Source of the DNA: Eubacteriales bacterium
Lineage (GTDB): Bacteria > Bacillota > Clostridia > Oscillospirales > CAG-272
NCBI GenBank assembly: GCA_045605265.1
Contig: JAZUPQ010000011.1
Span: 1 to 55,282 of the forward strand
Length of the DNA: 55,282 nt
Direction: 5' to 3'
This document shows positions 25,592 to 35,227 of this stretch, in pieces. The notes under the pieces were generated by a model. That model ran no database searches. It saw only the letters and a list, made by a program, of their open reading frames with translations, and was not told where the DNA came from. How positions within the stretch are numbered: position 1 is the stretch's first letter; every line of letters starts with the position of its first letter. Position numbers and translations under genes: made by a program.

Positions 25592-26644
25592 TCAGTCTTT
25601 AATTTCGGGAATATCTTGCGAACTGTTGGTTTTTCCCTTGGCGGTGTTGGTTTTCACCTCAGGGAGCTCATCATAATCGTCCTCGTCAATGTAGTGGAGG
25701 GATTTATATTTTGGCTGAGACTTTATAGCCTCTCTTTGAGCCTTTTCGGCTTCCTTTTCAGCCTTTCTCATTTCTTTGATTTCTTCTTCCGTAAACTTAG
25801 GAAGGGGCATAACCTTTGCGATAATCAATGTTTGAATTACCGCCAAAATAGATTGGTAAATCCAGTAAAGACCGAGCATACCCGAAAAGCCGAAAGCAAA
25901 GAAAAGCGTCATCGCGGGCATCATAAAGTCCATCATCTTCATAGACATCTGACCTTGCGCGTCTTGACCTTGGAGCTGAGCGGGGTTACCGTTAACCTTT
26001 CTTGAAATCCACATAGTGAACCACTGTGAGAGGGCGGCGAGAACAGGAATTACCACAAGCCAGGAAATTTCCTTAATGCTTGGAGTGAGAGCGAGGTTCA
26101 GGCCGAACAAATTAAAGTTGGGGAATGCGTTAATATCAATTCCCGCGACCATAAGCGCAGTAAGCTGTTGGTCGTTCAGCCCGGCGATAGTGCCTATAAG
26201 ACCGATTTGGTCGCTTGCGCCTGCCGCGTAGCCTGTAATTTCGCACATAGCTTCAATTTCGGCTTCGGTTAAGTGTACGATGTAGGTGAGCGGGTTTCTT
26301 ATAACTGTGTAAAGCAGAACGATTAATATCATCTGGAAAATCATAGGAAGGCAACCCGAAAAAGGACTGTATCCCTCTTTCTGTTGCAGCTGCATAATTT
26401 CTTCCTGCTGTTTTCTGAGTGTGACCTGGTCGTTTCTACCCTTATATTTTGCTTTGATAAGTTGAATTTTGGGTGTCAGCTTCGCCATCGCTATCTGATT
26501 TTTTTGTTGCTTGATAGTGAGGGGAAGGAATACGATTTTAAACAAAAGCGCATAGAAAATCAGCGCTAACGCATAATTTCCACCTGTAATTTTACTGAAA
26601 AAAGTCAGTAAAGTACCTAAAATGTTGTAAAGCCAAGTAAACAT
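25592..26644 (-). CDS. yidC: Membrane protein insertase YidC/SpoIIIJ
   Basis: YALALIFYALLFKIVFLPLTIKQQKN, SPFSGCLPMIFQMILI, and the gene position after yidD. Confidence 0.95.
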   Translation of the reverse strand: MFTWLYNILGTLLTFFSKITGGNYALALIFYALLFKIVFLPLTIKQQKNQIAMAKLTPKIQLIKAKYKGRNDQVTLRKQQEEIMQLQQKEGYSPFSGCLPMIFQMILIVLLYTVIRNPLTYIVHLTEAEIEAMCEITGYAAGASDQIGLIGTIAGLNDQQLTALMVAGIDINAFPNFNLFGLNLALTPSIKEISWLVVIPVLAALSQWFTMWISRKVNGNPAQLQGQDAQGQMSMKMMDFMMPAMTLFFAFGFSGMLGLYWIYQSILAVIQTLIIAKVMPLPKFTEEEIKEMRKAEKEAEKAQREAIKSQPKYKSLHYIDEDDYDELPEVKTNTAKGKTNSSQDIPEIKD

Positions 26645-26646
26645 TT

Positions 26647-26931
26647 TTATTGGTTTTCCTTTTCTTTATTAGTTATCTCGGTATCCTCTGTAATTCTGTT
26701 TTTGGGATTTCTGAATCCTCTTTCGGGTACGGGGTCGTAACCGCCTTTGCAAAATGGATTGCAGCGCAATATTCGCCATACCGTAAGTATAAATCCCACA
26801 AAAAAGCCACGTTTTTGAAATGCCTCAATGGCATAGGCGGAGCAGCTTGGAGTAAATCTGCAACAGGACGGTTTCAGAGGAGATATAAATTTTCGATACA
26901 GGCCCACAAGCCAAATCATTATGTGTTTCAT
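26647..26931 (-). CDS. yidD: Membrane protein insertion efficiency factor YidD
   Basis: YRKFISPLKPSCCRFTPSCSAYAIEAF....RCNPFCKGGYDPVP. ATG overlaps the rnpA stop (ATGA). Confidence 0.9.
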   Translation of the reverse strand: MKHIMIWLVGLYRKFISPLKPSCCRFTPSCSAYAIEAFQKRGFFVGFILTVWRILRCNPFCKGGYDPVPERGFRNPKNRITEDTEITNKEKENQ

Positions 26932-27308
26932 AATGCTTTATACATACCGAGCTTGGTGAATGCGACATCAAGCTGTTCTTTGATGTCTGTGCTTTTTAAG
27001 TTTACCGACGCAGTTCGCGCGGCAATAACGATTAAAAAGCCTACCTTTAAAGGCTTTTCCTTTTCGAGAGAACGGAGCCCCTCTCTCATAATTCTTCTTA
27101 AACGGCTTCTGACCACCGCGCCCCCCAGTTTTGTAGAAGTGGTAAGACCTATGCGGTTCACCGTAATTTTTTCGGGGTGGGCCTTGGCGAGCCTCTTTGA
27201 TGCGTAATCAGGTAGTACGTATACTGCAAGAGCCGACGTCAAAGCTCTTTTTCCCTTAGCGTATGCCTTTGAATATAAGTGATTTTCACATATAGCGGTG
27301 AATTTCAT
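26928..27308 (-). CDS. rnpA: Ribonuclease P protein component
   Basis: The basic RNR-like block NRIGLTTSTKLGGAVVRSRLRRIMRE, and the position between rpmH and yidD. ATG 27308 follows AGAGGTG. Confidence 0.85.
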   Translation of the reverse strand: MKFTAICENHLYSKAYAKGKRALTSALAVYVLPDYASKRLAKAHPEKITVNRIGLTTSTKLGGAVVRSRLRRIMREGLRSLEKEKPLKVGFLIVIAARTASVNLKSTDIKEQLDVAFTKLGMYKAL

Positions 27309-27339
27309 AAAACACCTCTTGTCAAAATTTCCGTCGTTA

Positions 27340-27380
27340 AACAAAAACCCCGATAAAATGGCAAAATACGCATTTATCGG
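27340..27380 (-). terminator. Intra-operon terminator/attenuator between rpmH and rnpA
   Basis: On the minus strand, 8-bp stem CCGATAAA / TTTATCGG followed by GGTTTTTGTTT. Confidence 0.5.
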
Positions 27381-27404
27381 AGGATTTGTGTCAAGTGACT
27401 GGAA

Positions 27405-27539
27405 TTAGTAAGTAAGACGGGCTCTTCCTTTGGCGCGTCTTCTTTTAAGAACTTTTCTTCCGTTGGAAGTAGCCATTCTCTTTCTGAAACCATGTTCTTT
27501 CTTTCTTTGCAATTTCTTAGGCTGATATGTTCTCTTCAT
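27405..27539 (-). CDS. rpmH: 50S ribosomal protein L34 (44 aa; below the ORF-track cutoff)
   Basis: Manual translation gives [54 protein letters not shown] is present. Confidence 0.95.
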   Translation of the reverse strand: MKRTYQPKKLQRKKEHGFRKRMATSNGRKVLKRRRAKGRARLTY

Positions 27540-27618
27540 GGTGCACCTCCTTGATTTGTATTAACGTCAGGCATTAAAAAACGCCGTTCTTGCGCACATA
27601 CGCATTAAAGCACAATAC

Positions 27619-27647
27619 ATTATAACCATTTTTTTCCCGTTTGTCAA
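27619..27647 (-). promoter_or_regulatory. Perfect-consensus sigma-A promoter of rpmH
   Basis: On the minus strand: TTGACA, 17-nt spacer, TATAAT. Confidence 0.65.
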
Positions 27648-27697
27648 GGCTTTTTCGGATAATTTTTAAAACAAAGAATTTATATCTATTCTATATA

Positions 27698-27726
27698 TTG
27701 ACTTTTGTAAGGGTTTCTGTTAGAAT
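27698..27726 (+). promoter_or_regulatory. Promoter candidate for hpt-mtaB-glyQS
   Basis: TTGACT (27698-27703), 17-nt spacer, TAGAAT (27721-27726). Confidence 0.6.
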
Positions 27727-27756
27727 AATTCATATATTATTGAGATGAGGTGCAGT

Positions 27757-28308
27757 ATGAATAAGGATATTGAAAGAATACTGATTTCACAAGAGGACCT
27801 TGATAAAATTACGAGTAGGCTTGCAGCTGAAATTGATGAGGATTATCAAGGCGAGGACAAGCAGCTTCTTTTGCTGTGTATCTTGAAGGGCTCGCTGATG
27901 TTTATGAGCGACCTTATGAAAAAGCTCACCGTTCCTCTTGAAATTGATTGTATGCGCGTTTCGTCTTACGGCGCAGGTACCGAGAGCTCGGGAAGCATCA
28001 ATATCATTTTAGACCTCATACGCCCGGATATCAACAAATGCGACATATTGATTATTGAAGATATAATAGACAGCGGAAGAACGCTTTCATATCTCATGAG
28101 CTACCTCAAAGGAAAGGGAGCGAAGAGTGTGCGCGCCTGCACGCTGCTTGACAAACCCAGCCGCCGCGTTGTAGATTTCACCCCCGATTATGTGGGAGTT
28201 GAAATACCCGATGAGTTCGTCGTGGGATACGGACTCGACTATGCCGAGAGATACAGAGCCTTGCCCTATGTGGGAATTCTTCGCCCAGAGGTCTACGGGA
28301 GAAAATGA
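27757..28308 (+). CDS. hpt: Hypoxanthine phosphoribosyltransferase
   Basis: LLCILKGSLMFMSDL, the ILIIEDIIDSGRTLSYL PRPP-binding motif, and DEFVVGYGLDYAERYR. Confidence 0.9.
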   Translation: MNKDIERILISQEDLDKITSRLAAEIDEDYQGEDKQLLLLCILKGSLMFMSDLMKKLTVPLEIDCMRVSSYGAGTESSGSINIILDLIRPDINKCDILIIEDIIDSGRTLSYLMSYLKGKGAKSVRACTLLDKPSRRVVDFTPDYVGVEIPDEFVVGYGLDYAERYRALPYVGILRPEVYGRK

Positions 28309-29639
28309 GAAAATATACCGTCGGCCTATACACCTTGGGCTGCAAGGTGTCACAGTACGAAACCCAAGCAATAGAGGAGGGCTTTGAAAAGGCGGGGTAT
28401 GAAATTCTGCCCTATGGTGAGAAGTGCGATTTTTACGTAGTGAATACCTGCACGGTTACCGCCGAGAGCGACCGTAAATGCAGACAGATTATAAGACGCG
28501 CCGCGAGAAAAAATCCGAACGCGCATATACTTGTTTGCGGTTGTTATAGTCAGAGATGTCCCGACGAGCTATCTAAAATAGAGGGCGTATCCTCCGTATT
28601 CGGAACTCACGACAAAATGCGGCTTGTAGATGCGGCAAACGAAATAGTAAAAAAACTTGAAAAAGGTGAGAAAATTGACACAGTTATGGGGGTAAAGCCT
28701 CATAAGGACGCAATCTTCGAGCCTATGAGCATAACACGCGCCCCAAGGACACGCGCTTATGTAAAGATAGAGGACGGCTGCGACAGCAAATGTACGTACT
28801 GCGCTATCAAGGAGGCGAGAGGGCATATCCGTTCAAAGCCCAAGGACGACGTTATTGCGGAGGTTGAAGCTCTCGCCGAAAACGGAACCAAGGAAATCGT
28901 GCTTACGGGAATTGAAATTGGCTCTTACGGTAAGGATTTTAAGGAAAAATACGACCTTGCCGACTTGATTTTGGAATTAGATAAAAGAAAGAGCGCAGAG
29001 CAAATCAGAATAGGCTCGCTCGCTCCCGAGCTGGTAGACGAAACCTTTGTGGAAAGGATTCGAGAAGCTCGGATACTGTGTCCGCATTTTCACCTCTCCG
29101 TGCAGAGCGGTTCAGACAAAATCTTACGCCTTATGAAGCGGAGATATACCGCAGAACGCGCTCTTTCGGTGATTGAAAATATAAGAAAGAACATTAAAAA
29201 CGCCCAATTCACCACCGATGTGATGGTAGGATTTCCCTATGAGGACGAGACCGAATTTTTAAAAACTCTTGAATTTGTCAAAAAAGCAAGATTTCTTGAC
29301 GCTCACGTTTTCTCATACTCAAAAAGAGAGGGGACGGAGGCATGCTATTTTGACTCGCAGGTTCCAAAGAGCGTCAAAGAAGAGCGTTCCGCGCGTCTTT
29401 TGAAGTTAAAGAACCAAATCCGCGATGAAATATTACAGGAAATGTTGGACAAAAAGGAGAGCCTTTACGCTCTCGCGGAAACCTTTGAAAACGGCGTTTA
29501 TATCGCCCATACCGCCTCTTACGTCGAGGTTTCGATTGATGCTCGAAACAGCGCGGATCTTCACGGAAAAATCGTTAAGGTGTACCCCGTGTCGCATAAA
29601 AACGGCATTTTGAATTGCAAAATAGATAATAATACTTAA
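28305..29639 (+). CDS. mtaB: tRNA (t6A37) methylthiotransferase MtaB (radical SAM, MiaB-like)
   Basis: The UPF0004 N-terminus [15 protein letters not shown], the radical-SAM CDSKCTYC cluster, and a C-terminal TRAM-like domain. Confidence 0.85.
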   Translation: MRKYTVGLYTLGCKVSQYETQAIEEGFEKAGYEILPYGEKCDFYVVNTCTVTAESDRKCRQIIRRAARKNPNAHILVCGCYSQRCPDELSKIEGVSSVFGTHDKMRLVDAANEIVKKLEKGEKIDTVMGVKPHKDAIFEPMSITRAPRTRAYVKIEDGCDSKCTYCAIKEARGHIRSKPKDDVIAEVEALAENGTKEIVLTGIEIGSYGKDFKEKYDLADLILELDKRKSAEQIRIGSLAPELVDETFVERIREARILCPHFHLSVQSGSDKILRLMKRRYTAERALSVIENIRKNIKNAQFTTDVMVGFPYEDETEFLKTLEFVKKARFLDAHVFSYSKREGTEACYFDSQVPKSVKEERSARLLKLKNQIRDEILQEMLDKKESLYALAETFENGVYIAHTASYVEVSIDARNSADLHGKIVKVYPVSHKNGILNCKIDNNT

Positions 29640-29658
29640 AGTTTTGGAGATAAACGAG

Positions 29659-31050
29659 ATGAAAAACACAGAAAAAACAATGGACAAAGTCGTAGCACTT
29701 TGTAAAACTCGCGGATTTATTTTTCCCGGTTCTGAAATTTACGGCGGACTTGCAAACTCTTGGGACTACGGTCCTCTCGGAGTTGAGTTCAAGAACAACG
29801 TAAAGCGAGCTTGGTGGAAAAAATTCGTCCAGGAGTCCAGATACAACGTAGGTCTTGACTCTGCAATAATTATGAACCCGCAGGCTTGGGTTGCTTCGGG
29901 ACACGTGGGCGGATTTTCCGATCCTCTTATGGACTGTAAGCAGTGCAAGGCGCGTCACAGAGCAGATAAGCTTATCGAGGATTACGCCTTCCAGAACGGC
30001 ACTAACGATAACCCTGCCGGTTGGTCATTTGACGAAATGTCGGCGTACATCAAGGATAAAAACATCGCTTGCCCTCTTTGCGGAGGACACGAGTTTGCCG
30101 ACATCAAAAAATTCAACCTTATGTTTAAAACTTCAATCGGTGTAACCGAGGACTCCTCGAACACGGTATATCTTCGTCCCGAAACCGCACAAGGTATCTT
30201 CGTGAACTTTCCGTCTGTTGCGAGAAGCACCAGAAAGAAGCTGCCCTTCGGCGTTGCCCAAATCGGTAAATCGTTCAGAAATGAGATTACCCCCGGAAAC
30301 TTTGTGTTCCGTACCAGAGAATTTGAGCAAATGGAGCTTGAATTTTTCTGCAAGCCCGGAACCGACCTTGAATGGTTCGCGTATTGGAAGGACTACTGTC
30401 ATAAGTTCCTTTTGAACCTTGGTATGAAGGAAGAAAATCTCCGTCTGCGCGACCACGATCCCGACGAGCTGTGCTTCTATTCCAAGGCTACAACCGACTT
30501 TGAATTTCTTTTCCCGTTCGGATGGGGCGAGCTTTGGGGCGTTGCGGACAGAACCGATTACGACCTCACGCAGCACCAAAACCATTCGGGCAAGGATATG
30601 ACTTATTTCGACCCCGAAACAAACGAGCATTATATTCCTTATGTAATCGAGCCCTCTCTCGGAGCTGACAGAGTTGCTTTGGCATTCCTTGTTGACGCAT
30701 ACGATGAAGAGACGATAGGCGAGGGCGACGTGCGTACGGTTTTACATCTTCACCCGGCGCTTGCTCCCGTAAAATGCGCGGTTCTTCCGCTTTCCAAAAA
30801 GCTCTCCGAAAAGGCTCTTGAACTTTACGACGAGCTTTCGAAATACTTTGCTGTGGATTTCGACGAGACAGGCTCTATCGGCAAGAGATATCGCCGCGAG
30901 GACGAAATCGGAACTCCGTTCTGTATCACCTACGACTTCGAAACCGAAAACGACTCCTGCGTAACGATACGAGACCGTGATACGATGGAGCAAATCAGAC
31001 TTCCGCTCAGCGAGGTTCGCGCGTATATCGAAAAGAAACTTGAATTCTAA
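29659..31050 (+). CDS. glyQS: Glycine--tRNA ligase (dimeric GlyQS type)
   Basis: [61 protein letters not shown], and the anticodon-binding C-terminus. Confidence 0.95.
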   Translation: MKNTEKTMDKVVALCKTRGFIFPGSEIYGGLANSWDYGPLGVEFKNNVKRAWWKKFVQESRYNVGLDSAIIMNPQAWVASGHVGGFSDPLMDCKQCKARHRADKLIEDYAFQNGTNDNPAGWSFDEMSAYIKDKNIACPLCGGHEFADIKKFNLMFKTSIGVTEDSSNTVYLRPETAQGIFVNFPSVARSTRKKLPFGVAQIGKSFRNEITPGNFVFRTREFEQMELEFFCKPGTDLEWFAYWKDYCHKFLLNLGMKEENLRLRDHDPDELCFYSKATTDFEFLFPFGWGELWGVADRTDYDLTQHQNHSGKDMTYFDPETNEHYIPYVIEPSLGADRVALAFLVDAYDEETIGEGDVRTVLHLHPALAPVKCAVLPLSKKLSEKALELYDELSKYFAVDFDETGSIGKRYRREDEIGTPFCITYDFETENDSCVTIRDRDTMEQIRLPLSEVRAYIEKKLEF

Positions 31051-31101
31051 ACAGAACGGGTAGCCTAAAATTGAAAACCTGCGCTACCCCAAAAACATTA
31101 A

Positions 31102-31155
31102 GGACCGGAGGATTTTGGAGCCAAATTTTCGTTTGCGCCCAGGTGCGCCGGTCCT
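31102..31155 (+). promoter_or_regulatory. Structured leader element upstream of luxS (unclassified)
   Basis: 7-bp closing stem GGACCGG / CCGGTCC. It encloses two small helices (TTTGG/CCAAA and GCGC/GCGC). No U-tract follows, so it is not a canonical terminator. Confidence 0.3.
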
Positions 31156-31175
31156 GATTATATACGGAGAAATAT

Positions 31176-31646
31176 ATGAATAACGTTACACGGATAGCCT
31201 CTTTCAGTGTTGACCACGACTGTATTACGGAAGGAATTTACGTGTCGAGGATTGACGGAGATATCACCACTTATGATATGAGAACCCGAAAGCCTAATAT
31301 GGACGACTATATGTCAAATCTTGCTATGCATTCTTTTGAACATATGTTTGCGACTTATATCCGCAATAGCGAAATCGCTTCCGACGTCATCTATTTTGGA
31401 CCTATGGGCTGTCAGACGGGCTTTTACCTTTTGATAAGAAATGCTGAAAACGGCAGGGTTCTCGAAGCAGTGAAGGACACTTTGGCAAAAATTGCAAACC
31501 ACGAGGGAGAAATCTTCGGCAAGCGCCGAAAGGAATGCGGAAACTATAAAAATTTAGATATCGACTCGGCAAAAGCCGAGGCAAAGCGCTATATTCTTGC
31601 TCTGAATTTGAGAGAGCAAACCTTTGAATATCCAACGGGAGAATAA
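31176..31646 (+). CDS. luxS: S-ribosylhomocysteine lyase
   Basis: HSFEHMFATY (metal-binding HxxEH) and GPMGCQTGFY motifs. Size is about 156 aa. Confidence 0.9.
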   Translation: MNNVTRIASFSVDHDCITEGIYVSRIDGDITTYDMRTRKPNMDDYMSNLAMHSFEHMFATYIRNSEIASDVIYFGPMGCQTGFYLLIRNAENGRVLEAVKDTLAKIANHEGEIFGKRRKECGNYKNLDIDSAKAEAKRYILALNLREQTFEYPTGE

Positions 31647-31648
31647 TT

Positions 31649-32341
31649 ATGCTTGATATAGGAATTATAGGGGCTATGGCCGACGAGGTTGAAATGCTCG
31701 TCGCCCTTCTCGAAGATAAAAAAGAAGAAAAGATAAGCGGAATATGCTTCTGCCGAGGAACGTTGTACGGCAAAAGCGTCGTTGTCGCAAAGTGCGGAAT
31801 AGGTAAGGTTTTTGCTGCGTTGTGCGCGGAGGCGATGATAATAAAATACGCCCCAAGGCTTTTGGTTAACACAGGCGTCGGCGGAGGTATTGCGAAGAAT
31901 TTGCATACTACGGATATCGTAATTGCCGACAAGCTGTGTCAGCACGATATGGATACCAGCCCGCTCGGAGACCCAAAGGGCATGATTTCGGGAATAAACC
32001 GAATATTTTTCGAATGTGATGCACGCGCGGTTGAAGTCATCAAGAAAAATGCGGATGCGCGAGGCTTCAACGCGGTAATCGGCACAATAGCTACGGGAGA
32101 TAAATTTATCTCGAAAAAGGAAGAAGCAGATGCGCTTGCTTCCGAGTTCGGAGCGGCCGCCTGCGAAATGGAAGGCGGGGCAATAGCCCACGCGGCATTC
32201 GTTAACAACACCCCCTTTGCCGTGATAAGAGCGATTTCAGACAATGCGGATGAGGGGGCGAGTCTGTCCTACGCAGATTTTCTTAAAATAGCGGTAAAAA
32301 ATTCTGCAATGTTAACCCTTGACCTGATAAAAGAATATTAA
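31649..32341 (+). CDS. mtnN: 5-prime-methylthioadenosine/S-adenosylhomocysteine nucleosidase
   Basis: IGIIGAMADEV, AKCGIGKV, ACEMEGGAIAH and IRAISDNAD motifs. Confidence 0.9.
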   Translation: MLDIGIIGAMADEVEMLVALLEDKKEEKISGICFCRGTLYGKSVVVAKCGIGKVFAALCAEAMIIKYAPRLLVNTGVGGGIAKNLHTTDIVIADKLCQHDMDTSPLGDPKGMISGINRIFFECDARAVEVIKKNADARGFNAVIGTIATGDKFISKKEEADALASEFGAAACEMEGGAIAHAAFVNNTPFAVIRAISDNADEGASLSYADFLKIAVKNSAMLTLDLIKEY

Positions 32342-32348
32342 TTAAAAC

Positions 32349-32389
32349 GCACCCACGAGCATATACTGTCTCGGGGGTGCATTTTTTTT
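32349..32389 (+). terminator. Rho-independent terminator of luxS-mtnN
   Basis: 11-bp stem GCACCCACGAG / CTCGGGGGTGC (one mismatch) followed by ATTTTTTTT. Confidence 0.75.
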
Positions 32390-32756
32390 GCTGTATAAAA
32401 ATAAAGTTAGACTGGAAATTTTAAAGGTGGGAAACTCGAAGGCGAGCGTTAAACTCTGCCACCCCGATTTTTCGGATACGGAAATTTCGACTTTTTACGA
32501 GAAGATTTTTGAGCATTACTTTGAAGCGGCGAGAGAAGCACTGAAAAAAAGCAAAATGTCATTTAGGGTTAATGTTAAAATCTCCCCTGCAAAAAGCGAA
32601 AAATACATAGCGTTTTCAAGAAAAACCGTCATTAAATTTCAAAACGCCTCAAAAGAGTTTCTTGAATACGATCTGTTTGAATTAAAGAGTAAAAATATAG
32701 TAAAGAATCCAAAAAGTATGACAAAACAAAGATTTTTTCCATCACGGAACGGATAA
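32388..32756 (+). CDS. Hypothetical protein (doubtful)
   Basis: 122-aa ORF whose TTG start sits inside the terminator T-tract. No convincing RBS and no recognisable motif. Confidence 0.3.
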   Translation: MLYKNKVRLEILKVGNSKASVKLCHPDFSDTEISTFYEKIFEHYFEAAREALKKSKMSFRVNVKISPAKSEKYIAFSRKTVIKFQNASKEFLEYDLFELKSKNIVKNPKSMTKQRFFPSRNG

Positions 32757-32767
32757 AATATAACTTT

Positions 32768-35164
32768 TTAATTCTCGCGCTGCTCGTTCCAAAACTCCAA
32801 AACGCGCTCGTTCAGCTCTTTTTGAGTAGAAACAAACCTCATCCCTGACCAAAGCTTAGGCATAATCTTTTTATAGATCGGGTCTGCAAATCTATCGTCA
32901 ATCAACACTATGACTCCGGTATCGTCTTCTCGGCGTATAACCCGTCCCGCTGCCTGTAAAACGCGGTTTATTCCGGGGTAAATATAGGCGAATTGCTTGC
33001 CCTCTTCAAATTTTTCATCATAATACGCTTGAATTGCCTCTCTTTCACAGGAGAGACTCGGCATACCTATTCCAATGATAATCGCCCCTATCAGAGCATC
33101 GCCCGCGAGGTCAATTCCCTCGGAGTATATACCTCCCATAACGCAAAATCCTATTAAATATGAGTGACTTTCTTTTGAAAATTCCGACAGAAAGTCCTCT
33201 TTTTCTTTTTTGCTCATATCCTTCGTTTGAGTAAGAACCTTAATTTTAGGATATTTTTCTCTAAAAAATGCGGATAGCTTATCATTATATTCAAAAGAAG
33301 GAGAAAAAACCAGATAATTGCCTCTTTTTGCGGATACCGTAGCGGCAACAGTTCGGCAAATTGCCAAAAGGCTGTCTTCTCGTTCGGAATATCGGGTGCT
33401 GATTTTATCCATAATTGACACCGAGACTTGACTTGAATCAAAAGGCGAAGGGAGTTCAAGAATTTGCGATGAATTGTCTGCTCCAAGTACGCTCTTGTAG
33501 TAATAAAGAGGGGCAAGCGTAGCGGAGAAAAAGACCGCGCTTTTTCCTTTTTTCAGCCTCTCCTCGATGTCGCGCCCCGGATCAATACAGAATACCTTCG
33601 CACGAATTTCTCGGTTTTCAAGATACAAAAACAACTCGTAAGATGAGGAAAAACGGTTGATGGCGGAATTGAAGGCTTTAATTTTAAAGAGATATTCTCG
33701 GATGAATTTTATGCGCTTGTCCTTTTCTTCATCCTTGGAGCCAAACTCAATAAGAAGCGCGTTTTCGCAGTGAAAAATCAACTCCGAAAAGCAGTCGTAA
33801 AATTCCTTTGGAACTTCTTTGAGATGAGCAAACGAGCTTTCGCTGCCGTCATCGCTTTTATACAAATTTTCTTTTAAGTATGGATATGTTATGTCGTAAA
33901 AACGGGTAGCCGTATCGTTTGAAATCGCTCTGAGGCTCGAATGTTCGCCAATGATTTGGCTTTTAATCGGGAGCATAATATCATCAAATGATAATTCTGC
34001 CGAGTACATTTCTCTGGCCCTATCGGGCAAATTGTGCGCTTCATCAATCAAGAATACGAACTCTCCGCCATCGTCAAAATAGCGTCTAATGTAAACATTA
34101 GTGTCAAAAATATAGTTGAAATCGCAAATTATAACATCGCAAAGCTCGCTATAAGCCAAAGATAATTCATAAGGGCAAACCGAATGTTCCTTCGCCGCTC
34201 TTTTTATCTCTTTTTCCGTGACAACAGGCAGTTTTTGTCTGTATAAATCCATAACCGCACTTGATAAATTGTTAAAATCACAGTATTTACACAGCTTTTT
34301 ACTGTTTTTGCACACAGAGTTGTTTATACAGATTTTCTCTTTTGCAGTGAGTGTAATTCCAAGAATTGTAACCTCTTGTTTACAAAAAAGCCGTATACAC
34401 TCCTCTGCTGCTAGCGCAGTAGTGGTTTTTGGGGTGAGATAAAACGCCTTTGAAATTTTCCCCTCGCCTATGCTTCTGACAGCAGGGTAAAGAGCAGATA
34501 CCGTCTTTCCCGTTCCTGTCGGGGCGGTTGCGAAAAGAGTTGTGCCGTGAGATATGCTTTTGTGCGCGCTTTGTATGAATTCCTTTTGAGACTCTCTGAG
34601 TGTCTTGTAAGGGAATTTTAGTTTTCTCATTGAGGGCAGCCTCTTTGTGACTCTCTCAATTTCCGGCTTTGCGTAAATTGATACTGCAAAAATACATTTT
34701 TCAAAAAATGCCGTCAGCTTGCCGATTGAAGCGCTCTCGGATTTTTTTTCGTATTCGCCGCTCTCCGCGTTAACGTAAAGCGTGTTTATGCTCACCGATT
34801 TTAAGCCGTGAATTTTTGCATAGAGATATGCGAAAATGAAAGCCTCGCCCCGCGCCTGCTCTTTGAGCTCCTTTGGCGTTCTTTTAGGATTAAAATTGCC
34901 TTCGCAGATTTTCGTGACGGTTGAGCTTTCCGCCTTGTCGATTTTAGCGGTGAGTTTAAAATTGTACCCGTCCAAATTCAGTATTTCTTCGATTTTATAG
35001 CCGGGATCATTTTCTAATAAGAGCCGTCTCGTATATGCGCTTGGCGCGCCGGTCCCAATATCCTCCTCGTCGAGAGGAAGGGACGCGCAAATACCCCGTC
35101 TTGCAGTCCTGACGAATTCCTTTAATGAAATGAGTATGCAGTTTTCGTGCTCCAAGTATTTCAA
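32768..35164 (-). CDS. XPD/DinG-family Fe-S ATP-dependent DNA helicase with an extra N-terminal domain of about 190 aa
   Basis: Walker A is ATAPTGTGKTVSAL and the DEAH-type box is VFLIDEAHNL. The Cys cluster between motifs Ia and II (CINNSVC..KLCKYC...VCPYE) is typical of the XPD 4Fe-4S domain. Motif VI is QAAGRVIRREDDTGVIVLIDDRF. TTG start lies 5 nt after AAAGGGGGGA. Confidence 0.85.
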   Translation of the reverse strand: MKYLEHENCILISLKEFVRTARRGICASLPLDEEDIGTGAPSAYTRRLLLENDPGYKIEEILNLDGYNFKLTAKIDKAESSTVTKICEGNFNPKRTPKELKEQARGEAFIFAYLYAKIHGLKSVSINTLYVNAESGEYEKKSESASIGKLTAFFEKCIFAVSIYAKPEIERVTKRLPSMRKLKFPYKTLRESQKEFIQSAHKSISHGTTLFATAPTGTGKTVSALYPAVRSIGEGKISKAFYLTPKTTTALAAEECIRLFCKQEVTILGITLTAKEKICINNSVCKNSKKLCKYCDFNNLSSAVMDLYRQKLPVVTEKEIKRAAKEHSVCPYELSLAYSELCDVIICDFNYIFDTNVYIRRYFDDGGEFVFLIDEAHNLPDRAREMYSAELSFDDIMLPIKSQIIGEHSSLRAISNDTATRFYDITYPYLKENLYKSDDGSESSFAHLKEVPKEFYDCFSELIFHCENALLIEFGSKDEEKDKRIKFIREYLFKIKAFNSAINRFSSSYELFLYLENREIRAKVFCIDPGRDIEERLKKGKSAVFFSATLAPLYYYKSVLGADNSSQILELPSPFDSSQVSVSIMDKISTRYSEREDSLLAICRTVAATVSAKRGNYLVFSPSFEYNDKLSAFFREKYPKIKVLTQTKDMSKKEKEDFLSEFSKESHSYLIGFCVMGGIYSEGIDLAGDALIGAIIIGIGMPSLSCEREAIQAYYDEKFEEGKQFAYIYPGINRVLQAAGRVIRREDDTGVIVLIDDRFADPIYKKIMPKLWSGMRFVSTQKELNERVLEFWNEQREN

Positions 35165-35227
35165 GCGCGTCCCCCCTTTTTTTGTTTGTAATAACCTAAT
35201 TCAGTTTATCACATAGTGAAAGGAAAG

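Noticed and set aside
27540-27744. Possible oriC / DnaA-box cluster in the AT-rich rpmH-hpt spacer
   Set aside because: Only one weak 7/9 match to TGTGGATAA (TTCGGATAA) is present. There is no dnaA gene next door, and the spacer is fully explained by two divergent consensus promoters.
29640-29658. Expected T-box leader upstream of glyQS
   Set aside because: The mtaB stop lies only 19 nt before the glyQS start, which leaves no room for a T-box. glyQS is apparently co-transcribed with hpt-mtaB.
31058-31089. GGGTAGC/GCTACCC hairpin as the glyQS rho-independent terminator
   Set aside because: It is followed by CAAAAAC rather than a U-tract. It is kept as part of the unexplained luxS leader rather than called a terminator.
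35165-35227. Attachment-site-like direct repeats flanking the virion module (compared with 47753-47984)
   Set aside because: Only a trivial shared 7-8-mer (TTATCAC) was seen by eye. There is no tRNA and no integrase. A proper repeat search is still needed, but nothing supports att sites.
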